Assembly (NCBI GenBank): GCA_900617105.1
Contig: UYFQ01000806.1
Span: 1 to 64,000 of the forward strand
DNA: 64,000 nt
From: Hydrurus foetidus
Taxonomy: Eukaryota
Reading direction: 5' to 3'
The stretch's first letter is position 1; the number at the start of each line of letters is the position of its first letter. Of this stretch, positions 63,901 to 64,000 are shown in pieces. The position numbers and the translations under genes were made by a program. A model generated the notes under the pieces. The model saw only the letters and a list, made by a program, of their open reading frames with translations. It had not been told where the DNA came from and ran no database searches.

Positions 63901-64000
63901 AGTATCTTGATTGATATTGCACTGCCCATCACCCGAAAGAATAGTAAGTAGGTTCTGCGACTTCCGATTCCTGGATATAGAGGAAGCCTGACGACTCGAC

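Overview
Gene-dense eukaryotic genomic DNA with short GT-AG introns, probably from a stramenopile/ochrophyte alga or protist (inferred from the gene set and the algal-type front-end desaturase). Housekeeping-type genes include a small COMM-domain protein, CASP golgin, thiolase, GSK3 kinase, phosducin-like protein, WW-RING protein, RMD1/DUF155, a cytochrome b5-fused delta-6-type desaturase, AP-3 delta adaptin, a SWEET transporter, a CmcJ/NvfI-like oxygenase, an Fe-ADH-like protein and a SPRY protein. The centre (33-47 kb) is a rearranged locus. It holds two head-to-head S53 (sedolisin/TPP1-like) membrane-anchored protease paralogs with mosaic identity, both with Gly in place of the catalytic Glu. 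Between them is a 4.1-kb pogo/Fot1-like DD35D transposon flanked by a 1.68-kb direct duplication, and a 294-bp MITE with related ends sits at 8.6 kb. The most striking element is a two-exon gene at 53491-54054, only partly seen by the ORF track. It encodes a 106-aa predicted secreted precursor with four identical AKFSIGAGIQ cores, each preceded by a Lys-Arg (Kex2-type) site and written with divergent synonymous codons. It is a candidate peptide pheromone/KEP/RiPP precursor and lies beside the transporter and the oxygenase. All calls come from manual motif reading; no database searches were run.
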